Part shown: positions 1-8,857 of the stretch, piece by piece
Layout: every line of letters starts with the position of its first letter
How positions within the stretch are numbered: position 1 is the stretch's first letter
Origin: a virus
Taxonomy: Duplodnaviria > Caudoviricetes
Direction: 5' to 3' (one strand)
Length of the DNA: 46,553 nucleotides
Virus record (IMG/VR): IMGVR_UViG_3300024998_000004
Location: 1-46,553 of that record
Translations under genes and position numbers: made by a program
The notes under the pieces: model-generated
The model's input: the letters and a program-made list of their open reading frames with translations, nothing else
Told to the model about the DNA's origin: nothing
Databases searched by the model: none

Positions 1-5
1 CGCCA

Positions 6-164
6 ATGTTCGAAGCTTTATTTGTTGTCCTATTCGTCGCCTTCCTCGCATTCGTTGGCACTGCACCGCAGGAAGCGATACAGTTATTCCTCTTCCTCAC
101 CTGGTCGGCGATGGGCTTGACAGTCCTCTGGACGCTAGTGAGCGGCCTGCTGAAGCTGCTGTAA
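6..164 (+). CDS. Small 2-TM membrane protein (52 aa), below ORF-track cutoff
   Basis: Manual translation MFEALFVVLFVAFLAFVGTAPQEAIQLFLFLTWSAMGLTVLWTLVSGLLKLL*; two hydrophobic runs; convergent 30-nt overlap with the giant gene. Confidence 0.5.
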   Translation: MFEALFVVLFVAFLAFVGTAPQEAIQLFLFLTWSAMGLTVLWTLVSGLLKLL

Positions 165-3100
165 CTCCTTCACGTTCTTGTTGAACCCAGCCATCAGGTT
201 GGTGATCCGATCTTCCACCGCTTTGACTTCTGCCCGCGGAGCGTCTTTCTTGATGAGGTCTGACTTAATCTTGCGCTGCTTCGACACGATCCGCTCCACC
301 AGGTTGGCGCGAGCCACCAGCTGATACTCCGGATGCTCCGCCTTGAACTCGTCGAGCGTCAATCCGTCTTTCCTCCGACCCTTCAATTCCGCCTCGACCT
401 CGTTGATGCGCTTCAGGTTCGAATAGAATGCATTCCCCTGGCTGGATTGATTCTCTGCATTGCCATAGAACCTTCCGACCAAAGGCACCTTATGCGGCGG
501 CAAATCTTCTCCGCTCAGTGCCGCTGAAATAGTCTGTTGCGTTTTTCCTGCCTCCCGCCCTACCCCGCCGGTAAGCTGACCCGCAAGGTAGTCAATCTGA
601 TCCGCTGTCGGGCTGAAGACGCCGGGAACGTACTTGTTCCCTCCTGAAATGGTATTGATTGCCTCGGCAATCCATTTCGAAGGCAGGCTGGCGGTATCCT
701 TGTTGCGGGAGAATCCGGGTGTCGGAGAAAGCTTGTTGAAATCCTCTTTGGCAATTGGCCTTCCGGTCCAGTCCTTGTTTTCTGCCAGCGCCACCAGCGG
801 ATCGATGGCAGTTGGCGCGATGGTCTGGATGGAGAAACCAGCATTACCGATTGGATTGAAAGCCTCGGCAAACACGGAGAACAGCTTGGCCGTATACTGT
901 GCTGGCTTCTTGAAGCCGCCCAGGGCAAATTCGGTGCTCAGCCGTCCAATATTGGGAATAGCATGGAAGCCCAGCGGCATGGGGATAGTGACGTATTTTT
1001 TGTCACCAATAGGAATTATCAGGCTGCGCTCGCGCACGAACTCAGGCGGCTCGTCATCATCGAAACCCGCCGCAGCAAGGGCCAGCGCCTGCAAGGCGCC
1101 GAGCGTGATGCCTCCGACCATGATCGTCTTGCCGGCGCGGTTGAGTCGAAGCGTTTTGACGTCGCCCTTGTCCATGTCGAACATGGTTTCGCCGATCCGA
1201 GCCGTTCCCTGCATGGCGGCATTGAAGAAGGCATACAGGGCCCCGGCCTGCTGCCCGGACTGCCCTTTCCGATTGAAGTTGACCGAGATGTTCTTGGCGA
1301 TGCTGGCGGCACGCTGCTTGCTGATCCCGTTGTCAATTGCCGTTTTATAGACCGACAATCGCATTGCGCCTTCCAGCGTCTGGTTGTAATCGGACAGCCA
1401 GTCGAAAATCCACTTCGCTTTTTGTTGTGCTACGGCAAGCGGAACCTTCAACATGCCGCCGGCAGTAAATACCTTGCCGAGTGGATTGTTCATCCAGGCA
1501 GTTGGATCCAGTTCGCGCTTGATCGCATTGGCTCGATCCTCGCTGGTCCTGAACAGGTCCCGGTATCCCGTCATGCCGCCTTCCTGCTGCATCTCATCCC
1601 ATAATGCAGCCATGGGCGCAGTGGCCTGTTTACCCTTGCGATCACCCCGGGAGGACGCGTAGATAGCGCCGATCGCCGGCAGAACATTCTTCAGCACCTC
1701 TGCCTTGTGCCCGGCAATGGGAGTGGAGGAGAGATTGAGCAACGATCCCTGCAAGTCGCGCGTGAGATTGACGATGCCGAATACCGGGTTGTACTGGGTA
1801 TTGATCGCGGCGAAGTATCGCGTGATCGCCGCGGATACCCCGAGCAGCCCGCCAAGTTGATCCGCATCCAGATTCTTCAAGGCCTGGGCCATGCGCATAG
1901 CGCGCTCGTCGTGCTCGTTGAAGATTACCGCGCGCTCGATGATGGTACCCTTGCTGTCCTTGATCTTGGCGACGACCACATTATCGCGGCTCTTGAAGTT
2001 CGGAACCGGGCGCTCTTCCACCTGGTTGGTGACTTCATTCAGCACCTTCTCGGTCGGTACTTTATCGAACATCCAGAAATCAGGGTTTGGATTCAACTTG
2101 GCCAAGCCTGCCAGCGATACCGCAACACGGTTCTTCTCGCCACGGACGATTGCCCGTTCACGCTGCAGCGCGATATTGGCCAGAATGTCTACTACCTTCC
2201 GCCTCGATCCGGTGCGATGCTTGACCTCCTTCCCCTTGATCGAGAAGCCCTGTCCAATACCCATCCCGCCGTCTTGATCTTCGCGCATCAGGGGAACGTA
2301 ATGCTGGAACATATTCTTCCAGGAGTTGGCGGTCGCCTGATCGATTAGGCCGTAGGACAGATACAAATCCCGAGTCTTCGCGATCACTGCGTCGACCATC
2401 TTCGCCACATTCTCCAGGCGCTGCTTCTTGTCCGCAGGCAGGCCGGCGAGATAGGCCTTGGCGTCCTTCGTGGTCATGCCGGAGCCGCCGTCCGGCATAT
2501 TGGGATCGCGCTGCGCAATGAGCTTGTTCGCCTCTTCCGCGTGCCGGGCATGCAGGTACTGGTCCAACTCATCCACCGTCAGGCCGCGCAACTTCATCCC
2601 CTGGATGATCGGCCGCAGTTCCTTGTTCACGAAGTCCTGAACGCGCTTCGCGGCCCGGCCATGGAATAATTCTTCCTGTAGGTAGGCGTTCCACTTGTCG
2701 GCAATCTGGGAGCCGGTAGCCTTGACGGCTTCAACAACGCGCTTGAGGTCGATATTTTTATTCTGAAGCTTGTAGATCAGGTCATCCATCATGGAAGGCT
2801 CTGGCGCGTCCCATGAGGCATTGTTGCCGGGGGCGGGGCGGCTGAACGCCGGCGCCAACCTTTCCTGTGTTGTCACCCTTCCCTCCTGCACGAACCGGCG
2901 GGCCGGGATCAGAAACCGATGGATGATCTCCGCATCCGTCATCTTCATATTCGCCAGGGCGGGAACATTCTTCCTTAGCCAGGCGCGAACAATAGCGATT
3001 GCGCGCTGAACCATCCCTATCTGAGGATTGGTCTGCGCCAACTCGGCGAGCACTTCTTCAGCGGCTATCAGCCGATCTTTCTCTACCGACATATCCAACC

Positions 3101-6100
3101 CGTACTGCTCGGCCTTCGCCTCAACCTTCGAACGCCATCCAACCGCGACCTGCTTGAGGATGGGCTTCAGCTCCTCGCCAAATACCCCCCGCAGGCCGAA
3201 ATGCCCCAGCGTTTCATGGAACAGCACGCGCACCACATCGTCCGAGCTGCGCATCTCGGAGGCGACGATATACACCTTGCCCTTGTAGAAAAAGCCCTCC
3301 GGCTGCCCGATCGCTCCCTGGGACATTTGCCGGTCGTTCTCACTTCGCACACGTTCAGGAATGGCTGAATCCGACATATTCGAGACCACGACCATCTCAG
3401 GCGCATTCTTCCATTCCGAGCGGATGGAATCGACGATGGATTGAACACTCGATTTCCGGTCTCCAGAAACAGAAAAGCCACCTTTATCGGTGGCTTTCTT
3501 GGCTCTGTTTTCCGCCGCTTTTAATCGCTGGCGGACCGATGCGATTCGGTCGGTTTCTTTCTTTCTGGAGAATATGCCTTCGAGTTTTCCTCTCAGTACA
3601 AATGCGCTTGACCCATTGAGAACTTGTTCCAATATTCCGAGTCTCTGGCCGCCGCTGCTTGATATAAGGGACTGGATGAGTATTCCGCGACGCATTGTAG
3701 CCTCACCAGCTCGTGCTGCCTGTCCCACGCCGCTACTTGCGATGCGCTGAAACGCTTCCCGGTCAAGGGGCACTCCCAGTCGGTTGAGGAATTGGCCTCG
3801 GCTGAAATCGTATCTTGCATTCTTTATCTCCGGCAACTGGTTATGCAATGTCGTGATGAAAGTATGTATCAATGCCCGTATTTTTGCAACATCATCTCCT
3901 CTCCAATCGAGAGGAGGAACGCCGTTTTTCGGGTCTCCAGCGATCTGCTGCGGCGCGGCTTCAAGGTGCTTGACCGTGCCATACCGCAGAGCGGCTGACA
4001 GCATATTGCTGGTGCGCCGAATCAGGGAGTCTGCGGTTAATCCGGCAGGGTCGCCGATGAATTTCCGCTTGGTGTTATAAGCCCAGTTTGCCACGGCAGC
4101 ATACACAGCTTGCCCACGCTCTCCTTTTGAGAAGTGGCTGACATCGATGAACACCTCGCCGTTGTCACGCTCATAGACGTAGAACTGCTTACCATGAGGA
4201 GATTTGAAGACGTAGCGATGATCTGCCCCAGACTCATCCCGCTCATCCGCCCGCGTACCATCGCCAACATACTTGGTCCCCGGATAAACCTCTTCCATCA
4301 CGCCCTGCAATGAGGTCTTATGGCTGACCTTGTGGCGAAACAATTCATCTACTCCAGATAGCTCGGTCAGGAATTCATGGGCGAACTCGATGTCCTCATT
4401 ACTGGCTGAGCGGCTGAATTTGGGAGATTCAGAAGTCGCCTCTTTGGGCTTCACCGCCTCCCCGATGCGCTTCAATATCTCAGACGTATCAGGATCCGCC
4501 TTCTTCATCCCGGCTGCCTGCACCCGGAACCACTTCGATTCGAGTTCGGTATCGGTACGTTTGCCATCCATCACCTCTTTTGCACGAGTAATGGCGCTGT
4601 TCAGGCTGCGCTCCTTGCCGGATTCCTTTGCCGCAGCCCGGCGTTTGATGAGGGATTCGACGAGGGGACGAAGATTGCCTTGCCGACCATTTTCGGCTAC
4701 ATTGGCCTTGGCAACCGGCTGAACGTTCGGCAAATCAGCTTCCGCGTGAGACGCTTCGGTATCAACAGGATGAGGGGAATTACCGTTAGGTAGCCGCTGT
4801 CCCTCCGGCCGTTTGCTTACTTCCCCTGCAGGAGATTGCGCCTCACCCCCAGCAACGACTCTATCTATTGCTGGCCGCACCGCGTTAATCAGATCCTTTT
4901 CTGCTATTTTTCTTCCGTCGCTTGTTTCTGTGAATGCCAACCCTTCCACCGCAGCATCGTACGCTTTCTGCTCTTCTGGCTTCAGATTAAGGACCATTGA
5001 CTGCAGATTGTTTGCCGTGCCAACGTTGGCGACGACTCGAACGTTCCCGCGTTCATCTCGTGATGAGCTTATGCGCGGCTTGTTCCCTGCATCTAAATGC
5101 GCTTTGAGAGCCTTGATTGCGTCGACTCCCGGCTCCTGAGGTTGAGAAACTGCCGCCCCACGCTCCGCCATCGCCTCCTGGACCGGCCTGACCTCCACTG
5201 ATCCGCCTGGCCCTGCCACGGCAGCCGCTGCCTGCTGAACTGCTGGATTCCCATCGGTCGCCACATCCTGAATCACAGTCCCGTTCGGATCGCGGGCAGT
5301 GACAACCTGAGTAGCGCCGCCCGGTTTCTCATCGATACCATAGCCCAGCGCGGTGCCCATTTGACCATTCAGGGCAGCTTGCAGGGTAGCGTCATCGCGG
5401 TACAGCAGCATTCCCCGATTGGGAACCATCGCTATTCTCACATCCGGCGGCAGAGCTGCGGGGAGAGGTTCCCCAGGCGTCAGCAGCACCCCGGGTTTCC
5501 TACCTTCCGCGAGCGCATTCAGTTGCGCGTTGAGTGTTTCGACCGGCTCGGGAGTTGGATTATCGGTTACAGCCCCGCCGGTTCCTTCGTCAGCCATATT
5601 AACGGCGTCATTAACATGGTCCGGCTCATCGAATATGCCGCTCTGGATCGCGTCAGGCTCGCTGGCTGCGTTCGCCCGAATCTCATCAGCCTTGTCCCTT
5701 CCGGTGGAAATGATGCGCTCTACGGCCTCCGTAGTTGATTCTGGCTGGTTCGCAACAGCGGGGTCCACACCTTGCGTTGCGCGCGAGTTCAACTCGGCCT
5801 GTGCGGCCGCCTTGGCACGGTTACTGCCACGAGCAGCGGTGTAATTCAAAACGCCATTGGATATTTCAGTGACTGGCTTGCCCAGTATGGTTGGCGTCGG
5901 ATTCTGCCGAGCAATGGTACCCGTTCCACCACCCAGCACGCCGCCGCCGATCGCGCCCATAGCTCCGCCGAAAGCCGTCTCCTTCAGGTTTTCGGGAGTC
6001 GTCGGATTGTCGAACGAGGCAAGCTGCTCGATGGGATTCTGAGCGAGCTCTTCTGAGCCTTCGATACCAGCACCTTTGGCAATTCCCTTTCCAATTGCCC

Positions 6101-7106
6101 CAGGCAGAGTCGTAGCAGCGAATTTCTCCGCGAGTTGCGCCCTGCCCTCTCTCGTGAGCGCGGCCATTGCCCATTGCTGGGGGCCGAATGCCTGTTCGAT
6201 TGCACCGACTGCGCCGGCTCCAAGCAACGCTATCGCCTTGGCCTTACCCAATTCCTGATTCTTCGGATCGTTCAGAATCTGCTTATCCCGGATTCCGCTG
6301 TAGGACGGCAGAGAGGCAATTGCAGCCGGGCCCAGCCAGGACACAACCTGACCGACAGCGGCAACCAATGGTGCAGCAGGGCCAGCAAAAGGTGACAAGG
6401 CCGTGATGCCCTGCCCTACCGCCCGGGCGCCAACCATTCCAGCCATGGAAGGCGCGGCGTTGCCGGTTGCTTCCGTTACTGCGGTGCCCGGCTTGTCCGC
6501 AATATCCTCAAGAGAATTTACCGCGGTGGGATTCGCATCGATGACAGCCTGCCCATAGCGCTTTACCGCGTTGTCCTGCTCGACCCCGGGGAGGTAGTCA
6601 GCCGCGATCTGTCCAACGCCCTTGATGTTCTGCCCGATGGTGCGCCCAGCGGAATTGACGAATCCACCCTCCTCCGGTACCGGTTCGTTGGAGATAATGG
6701 CTTTCCCGATGACACGCTTTCCTTTCTGGGATTCGGTATCTTGTGCGGCGGCATTGCGAGTGCGCGCCATGATGTCAGTGCCGGGCGTGGCTGCCCCTGC
6801 TGGCGTCTCCGCAACTATCCGATTGTAGAAGTCCTGGCGCACCGGCACACCCTTCACCTGAGGCGCAGCGAGACCTGCAGTAGAAGCGGAACGCTCTTGC
6901 GCCTGATCGGCGATGCTCTTCTTGGGAGTGAGCAGGGACAGGCCCGCATCTATCCCGCTGGATACGACAGACTTCGCCTTGATAAAAGCGGAAGCGTTCG
7001 GGTTCAGATGCGCCTCATTTGCCCGGATCGCGGATGCCATGTCAGCATCACTCATACCATCCGGGAATTCCAGCACATTGCCCCAAGCTTCGACACGTTG
7101 AACCAT
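135..7106 (-). CDS. Large polyvalent / internal-virion (ejected) protein with zincin-like HExxH domain and C-terminal LPD38-like region
   Basis: 2323-aa ORF at end of virion operon; Gly/Ala-rich N-terminal helices; VLFHETLGHFGLR...AAEEVLA metallopeptidase-like motif; C-terminal NFNRKG...LYAFFNAAMQG...IPMPLG...ENKDWTGRPI pattern typical of LPD38. Confidence 0.85.
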   Translation of the reverse strand: MVQRVEAWGNVLEFPDGMSDADMASAIRANEAHLNPNASAFIKAKSVVSSGIDAGLSLLTPKKSIADQAQERSASTAGLAAPQVKGVPVRQDFYNRIVAETPAGAATPGTDIMARTRNAAAQDTESQKGKRVIGKAIISNEPVPEEGGFVNSAGRTIGQNIKGVGQIAADYLPGVEQDNAVKRYGQAVIDANPTAVNSLEDIADKPGTAVTEATGNAAPSMAGMVGARAVGQGITALSPFAGPAAPLVAAVGQVVSWLGPAAIASLPSYSGIRDKQILNDPKNQELGKAKAIALLGAGAVGAIEQAFGPQQWAMAALTREGRAQLAEKFAATTLPGAIGKGIAKGAGIEGSEELAQNPIEQLASFDNPTTPENLKETAFGGAMGAIGGGVLGGGTGTIARQNPTPTILGKPVTEISNGVLNYTAARGSNRAKAAAQAELNSRATQGVDPAVANQPESTTEAVERIISTGRDKADEIRANAASEPDAIQSGIFDEPDHVNDAVNMADEGTGGAVTDNPTPEPVETLNAQLNALAEGRKPGVLLTPGEPLPAALPPDVRIAMVPNRGMLLYRDDATLQAALNGQMGTALGYGIDEKPGGATQVVTARDPNGTVIQDVATDGNPAVQQAAAAVAGPGGSVEVRPVQEAMAERGAAVSQPQEPGVDAIKALKAHLDAGNKPRISSSRDERGNVRVVANVGTANNLQSMVLNLKPEEQKAYDAAVEGLAFTETSDGRKIAEKDLINAVRPAIDRVVAGGEAQSPAGEVSKRPEGQRLPNGNSPHPVDTEASHAEADLPNVQPVAKANVAENGRQGNLRPLVESLIKRRAAAKESGKERSLNSAITRAKEVMDGKRTDTELESKWFRVQAAGMKKADPDTSEILKRIGEAVKPKEATSESPKFSRSASNEDIEFAHEFLTELSGVDELFRHKVSHKTSLQGVMEEVYPGTKYVGDGTRADERDESGADHRYVFKSPHGKQFYVYERDNGEVFIDVSHFSKGERGQAVYAAVANWAYNTKRKFIGDPAGLTADSLIRRTSNMLSAALRYGTVKHLEAAPQQIAGDPKNGVPPLDWRGDDVAKIRALIHTFITTLHNQLPEIKNARYDFSRGQFLNRLGVPLDREAFQRIASSGVGQAARAGEATMRRGILIQSLISSSGGQRLGILEQVLNGSSAFVLRGKLEGIFSRKKETDRIASVRQRLKAAENRAKKATDKGGFSVSGDRKSSVQSIVDSIRSEWKNAPEMVVVSNMSDSAIPERVRSENDRQMSQGAIGQPEGFFYKGKVYIVASEMRSSDDVVRVLFHETLGHFGLRGVFGEELKPILKQVAVGWRSKVEAKAEQYGLDMSVEKDRLIAAEEVLAELAQTNPQIGMVQRAIAIVRAWLRKNVPALANMKMTDAEIIHRFLIPARRFVQEGRVTTQERLAPAFSRPAPGNNASWDAPEPSMMDDLIYKLQNKNIDLKRVVEAVKATGSQIADKWNAYLQEELFHGRAAKRVQDFVNKELRPIIQGMKLRGLTVDELDQYLHARHAEEANKLIAQRDPNMPDGGSGMTTKDAKAYLAGLPADKKQRLENVAKMVDAVIAKTRDLYLSYGLIDQATANSWKNMFQHYVPLMREDQDGGMGIGQGFSIKGKEVKHRTGSRRKVVDILANIALQRERAIVRGEKNRVAVSLAGLAKLNPNPDFWMFDKVPTEKVLNEVTNQVEERPVPNFKSRDNVVVAKIKDSKGTIIERAVIFNEHDERAMRMAQALKNLDADQLGGLLGVSAAITRYFAAINTQYNPVFGIVNLTRDLQGSLLNLSSTPIAGHKAEVLKNVLPAIGAIYASSRGDRKGKQATAPMAALWDEMQQEGGMTGYRDLFRTSEDRANAIKRELDPTAWMNNPLGKVFTAGGMLKVPLAVAQQKAKWIFDWLSDYNQTLEGAMRLSVYKTAIDNGISKQRAASIAKNISVNFNRKGQSGQQAGALYAFFNAAMQGTARIGETMFDMDKGDVKTLRLNRAGKTIMVGGITLGALQALALAAAGFDDDEPPEFVRERSLIIPIGDKKYVTIPMPLGFHAIPNIGRLSTEFALGGFKKPAQYTAKLFSVFAEAFNPIGNAGFSIQTIAPTAIDPLVALAENKDWTGRPIAKEDFNKLSPTPGFSRNKDTASLPSKWIAEAINTISGGNKYVPGVFSPTADQIDYLAGQLTGGVGREAGKTQQTISAALSGEDLPPHKVPLVGRFYGNAENQSSQGNAFYSNLKRINEVEAELKGRRKDGLTLDEFKAEHPEYQLVARANLVERIVSKQRKIKSDLIKKDAPRAEVKAVEDRITNLMAGFNKNVKELQQLQQAAH
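3474..3497 (-). terminator. Intragenic Rho-independent terminator-like hairpin
   Basis: Minus strand AAAGCCACC-GATAAA-GGTGGCTTT followed by TCTGTTT. Confidence 0.55.
3593..3820 (-). CDS. Possible nested out-of-frame ORF (75 aa) within the polyvalent gene
   Basis: ATG with GGAG 7 nt upstream; terminator-like hairpin about 95 nt downstream. Confidence 0.3.
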   Translation of the reverse strand: MQDTISAEANSSTDWECPLTGKRFSASQVAAWDRQHELVRLQCVAEYSSSPLYQAAAARDSEYWNKFSMGQAHLY

Positions 7107-7126
7107 TAATCAGGTCTCCAGAAATG

Positions 7127-7147
7127 AAAAAGCCGCCCGGAGGCGGC
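7127..7147 (-). terminator. Rho-independent terminator
   Basis: GCCGCC-TCCG-GGCGGC followed by TTTTT on minus strand. Confidence 0.8.
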
Positions 7148-7167
7148 GTTGGCAAATTACGATTCTG

Positions 7168-7572
7168 TTAAAAGAAGACCTCATAACGTCGGCCCTCTTC
7201 ATCTGTTCCTGTTCCATGACCAGTCGGCCTCAGGCCTGGTTTAATTTCCAGATATAGCCGAATCATGGTGCCTTTATCACCTACCAAAACACCCTGACCA
7301 TTAGCGGAAAGCGGAGGCTGAAGAAGCGTGACATTTGAATTTCCTGCATTACCGAGCATCATGCCGCCTCCGCGACGTATCGCTGAGTATTCGCCCGTGA
7401 ATTTTTCCCCAGTCTGATCATTGAAAGCAGTCATTTTTCCTTGACCATAGCTGGTCTCGATCTCGAACTGCAATATCTGCCCACTGGGTGATGCATACAT
7501 TCGCCCCGGTAGCATTGTCCCAACGCAACCAGACAAAACGATTGCCGCAAATACACCGATCAACGAGCGCAT
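7168..7572 (-). CDS. Lipoprotein (134 aa), moron-like
   Basis: Start re-called at MRSLIGVFAAIVLSGC (signal peptide II, lipobox LSGC); followed by its own terminator. Confidence 0.8.
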   Translation of the reverse strand: MRSLIGVFAAIVLSGCVGTMLPGRMYASPSGQILQFEIETSYGQGKMTAFNDQTGEKFTGEYSAIRRGGGMMLGNAGNSNVTLLQPPLSANGQGVLVGDKGTMIRLYLEIKPGLRPTGHGTGTDEEGRRYEVFF

Positions 7573-7624
7573 CACAATCTCCCAATGTTGAGCCTGATTC
7601 ATTCTATCAAACCCAACATCGAGA

Positions 7625-8857
7625 TCAATCAAATTGCCCAGTTTGTGGGTTGAACTTGCGCACCTTTCCACTTGGCGCGGGCGCTGGCTCTGCCTTCCCC
7701 CCCCTCAACTGACTGGTCAATGCATTGACCTTGCCGGCAATCTCACCAGTATCGCTCATCGGATCGATGGTCTTGCCGATCAATCCGGCCGCTGTCTTCA
7801 AGCCAGAGGTGCCGAACATCGGATTGCCTTGATCATCAGCAATCACCCGCCTGGACCCATCCGACATGATGGCAACGATTCCCTGATCGGTTTCCACAGT
7901 CTTGCGAACCGTAGGGGATAGCCCAGCGCCGCCATTGGAACGCCGGCCAGCGCCCAATGTACCGGCGCCATACGCTTTTGCCATTGCGCGATCTTTTTCA
8001 GCGCCAGCTTTTTGATTATCGATCTGCGCGTCCGTTAAGCGGGTCTTGTCCGCTGCACCTTGTCGATCAAGAAGGAATTTGGAGTACTTCTCGGGATCAA
8101 GGGTGGATGTCGCCCAATCATCCAGATTGATGGTCTGCTCGCCACTGCCAGAAATATTCACTTTCCACTTGCCATTGTCGTTCGGATCAACCCTGACCGG
8201 CCGATCTTCCAACTGAATACCACCGCGCTTCAGGTTATCCAAAGCTCCATCTATATTCCCGCGCTTCAGATCCATAGCAGCATCGAATATGCCACTTTTT
8301 TTCGAGGCTACCAGGGAATCCAGCCAGGGATCGATTTCCTTTCCCATCCCATGCATCGCCGCTGCAGCGCGGATGGCATTGAGTTTGTCAGGTTGATTCG
8401 CCAGATCGCCGAAACCTACCTGTTTCACAATCTCGTGAATCGGGTTGAAATCTTCATTCGGTTGCTCTGGCTGCGCCTGGCTCTTCGCTGGAGAGACACT
8501 AGCCAAACCCGGTGCCTGATACGCTCCCGCCTGATTGCCGGATAACATGCCCGCATCTGGGAGTGTGGTCGGCCCCAATCCTGCCTGACTCATCATTGAT
8601 GGGCGTTGTGGCGCGGGAGCAGAGTTATTTGCCTTGAAGATCGGCATCAAGGAACTCACGAACCCTTCCCGATCCGGACCCTTTTCGCTCTTTCCTTCTG
8701 CTTTGGCCGCCGCCTGCTGCTCACGCAAAGTATCTTGCCGATCCCTATGCTCGCTGAGACTATCGTAATATCTTTTCTGCATGCCAAACTGCATCATATT
8801 GCTTAACCCGTCCGACAATCCGGCGGCAAACGATCCAACTCCCGATCCGACAGCCAT
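7625..8857 (-). CDS. Putative internal virion / DNA ejection protein
   Basis: 410 aa, Gly/Ala/Gln-rich N-terminus (GSFAAGLSDG); position in the usual podoviral ejection-gene trio. Confidence 0.7.
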   Translation of the reverse strand: MAVGSGVGSFAAGLSDGLSNMMQFGMQKRYYDSLSEHRDRQDTLREQQAAAKAEGKSEKGPDREGFVSSLMPIFKANNSAPAPQRPSMMSQAGLGPTTLPDAGMLSGNQAGAYQAPGLASVSPAKSQAQPEQPNEDFNPIHEIVKQVGFGDLANQPDKLNAIRAAAAMHGMGKEIDPWLDSLVASKKSGIFDAAMDLKRGNIDGALDNLKRGGIQLEDRPVRVDPNDNGKWKVNISGSGEQTINLDDWATSTLDPEKYSKFLLDRQGAADKTRLTDAQIDNQKAGAEKDRAMAKAYGAGTLGAGRRSNGGAGLSPTVRKTVETDQGIVAIMSDGSRRVIADDQGNPMFGTSGLKTAAGLIGKTIDPMSDTGEIAGKVNALTSQLRGGKAEPAPAPSGKVRKFNPQTGQFD

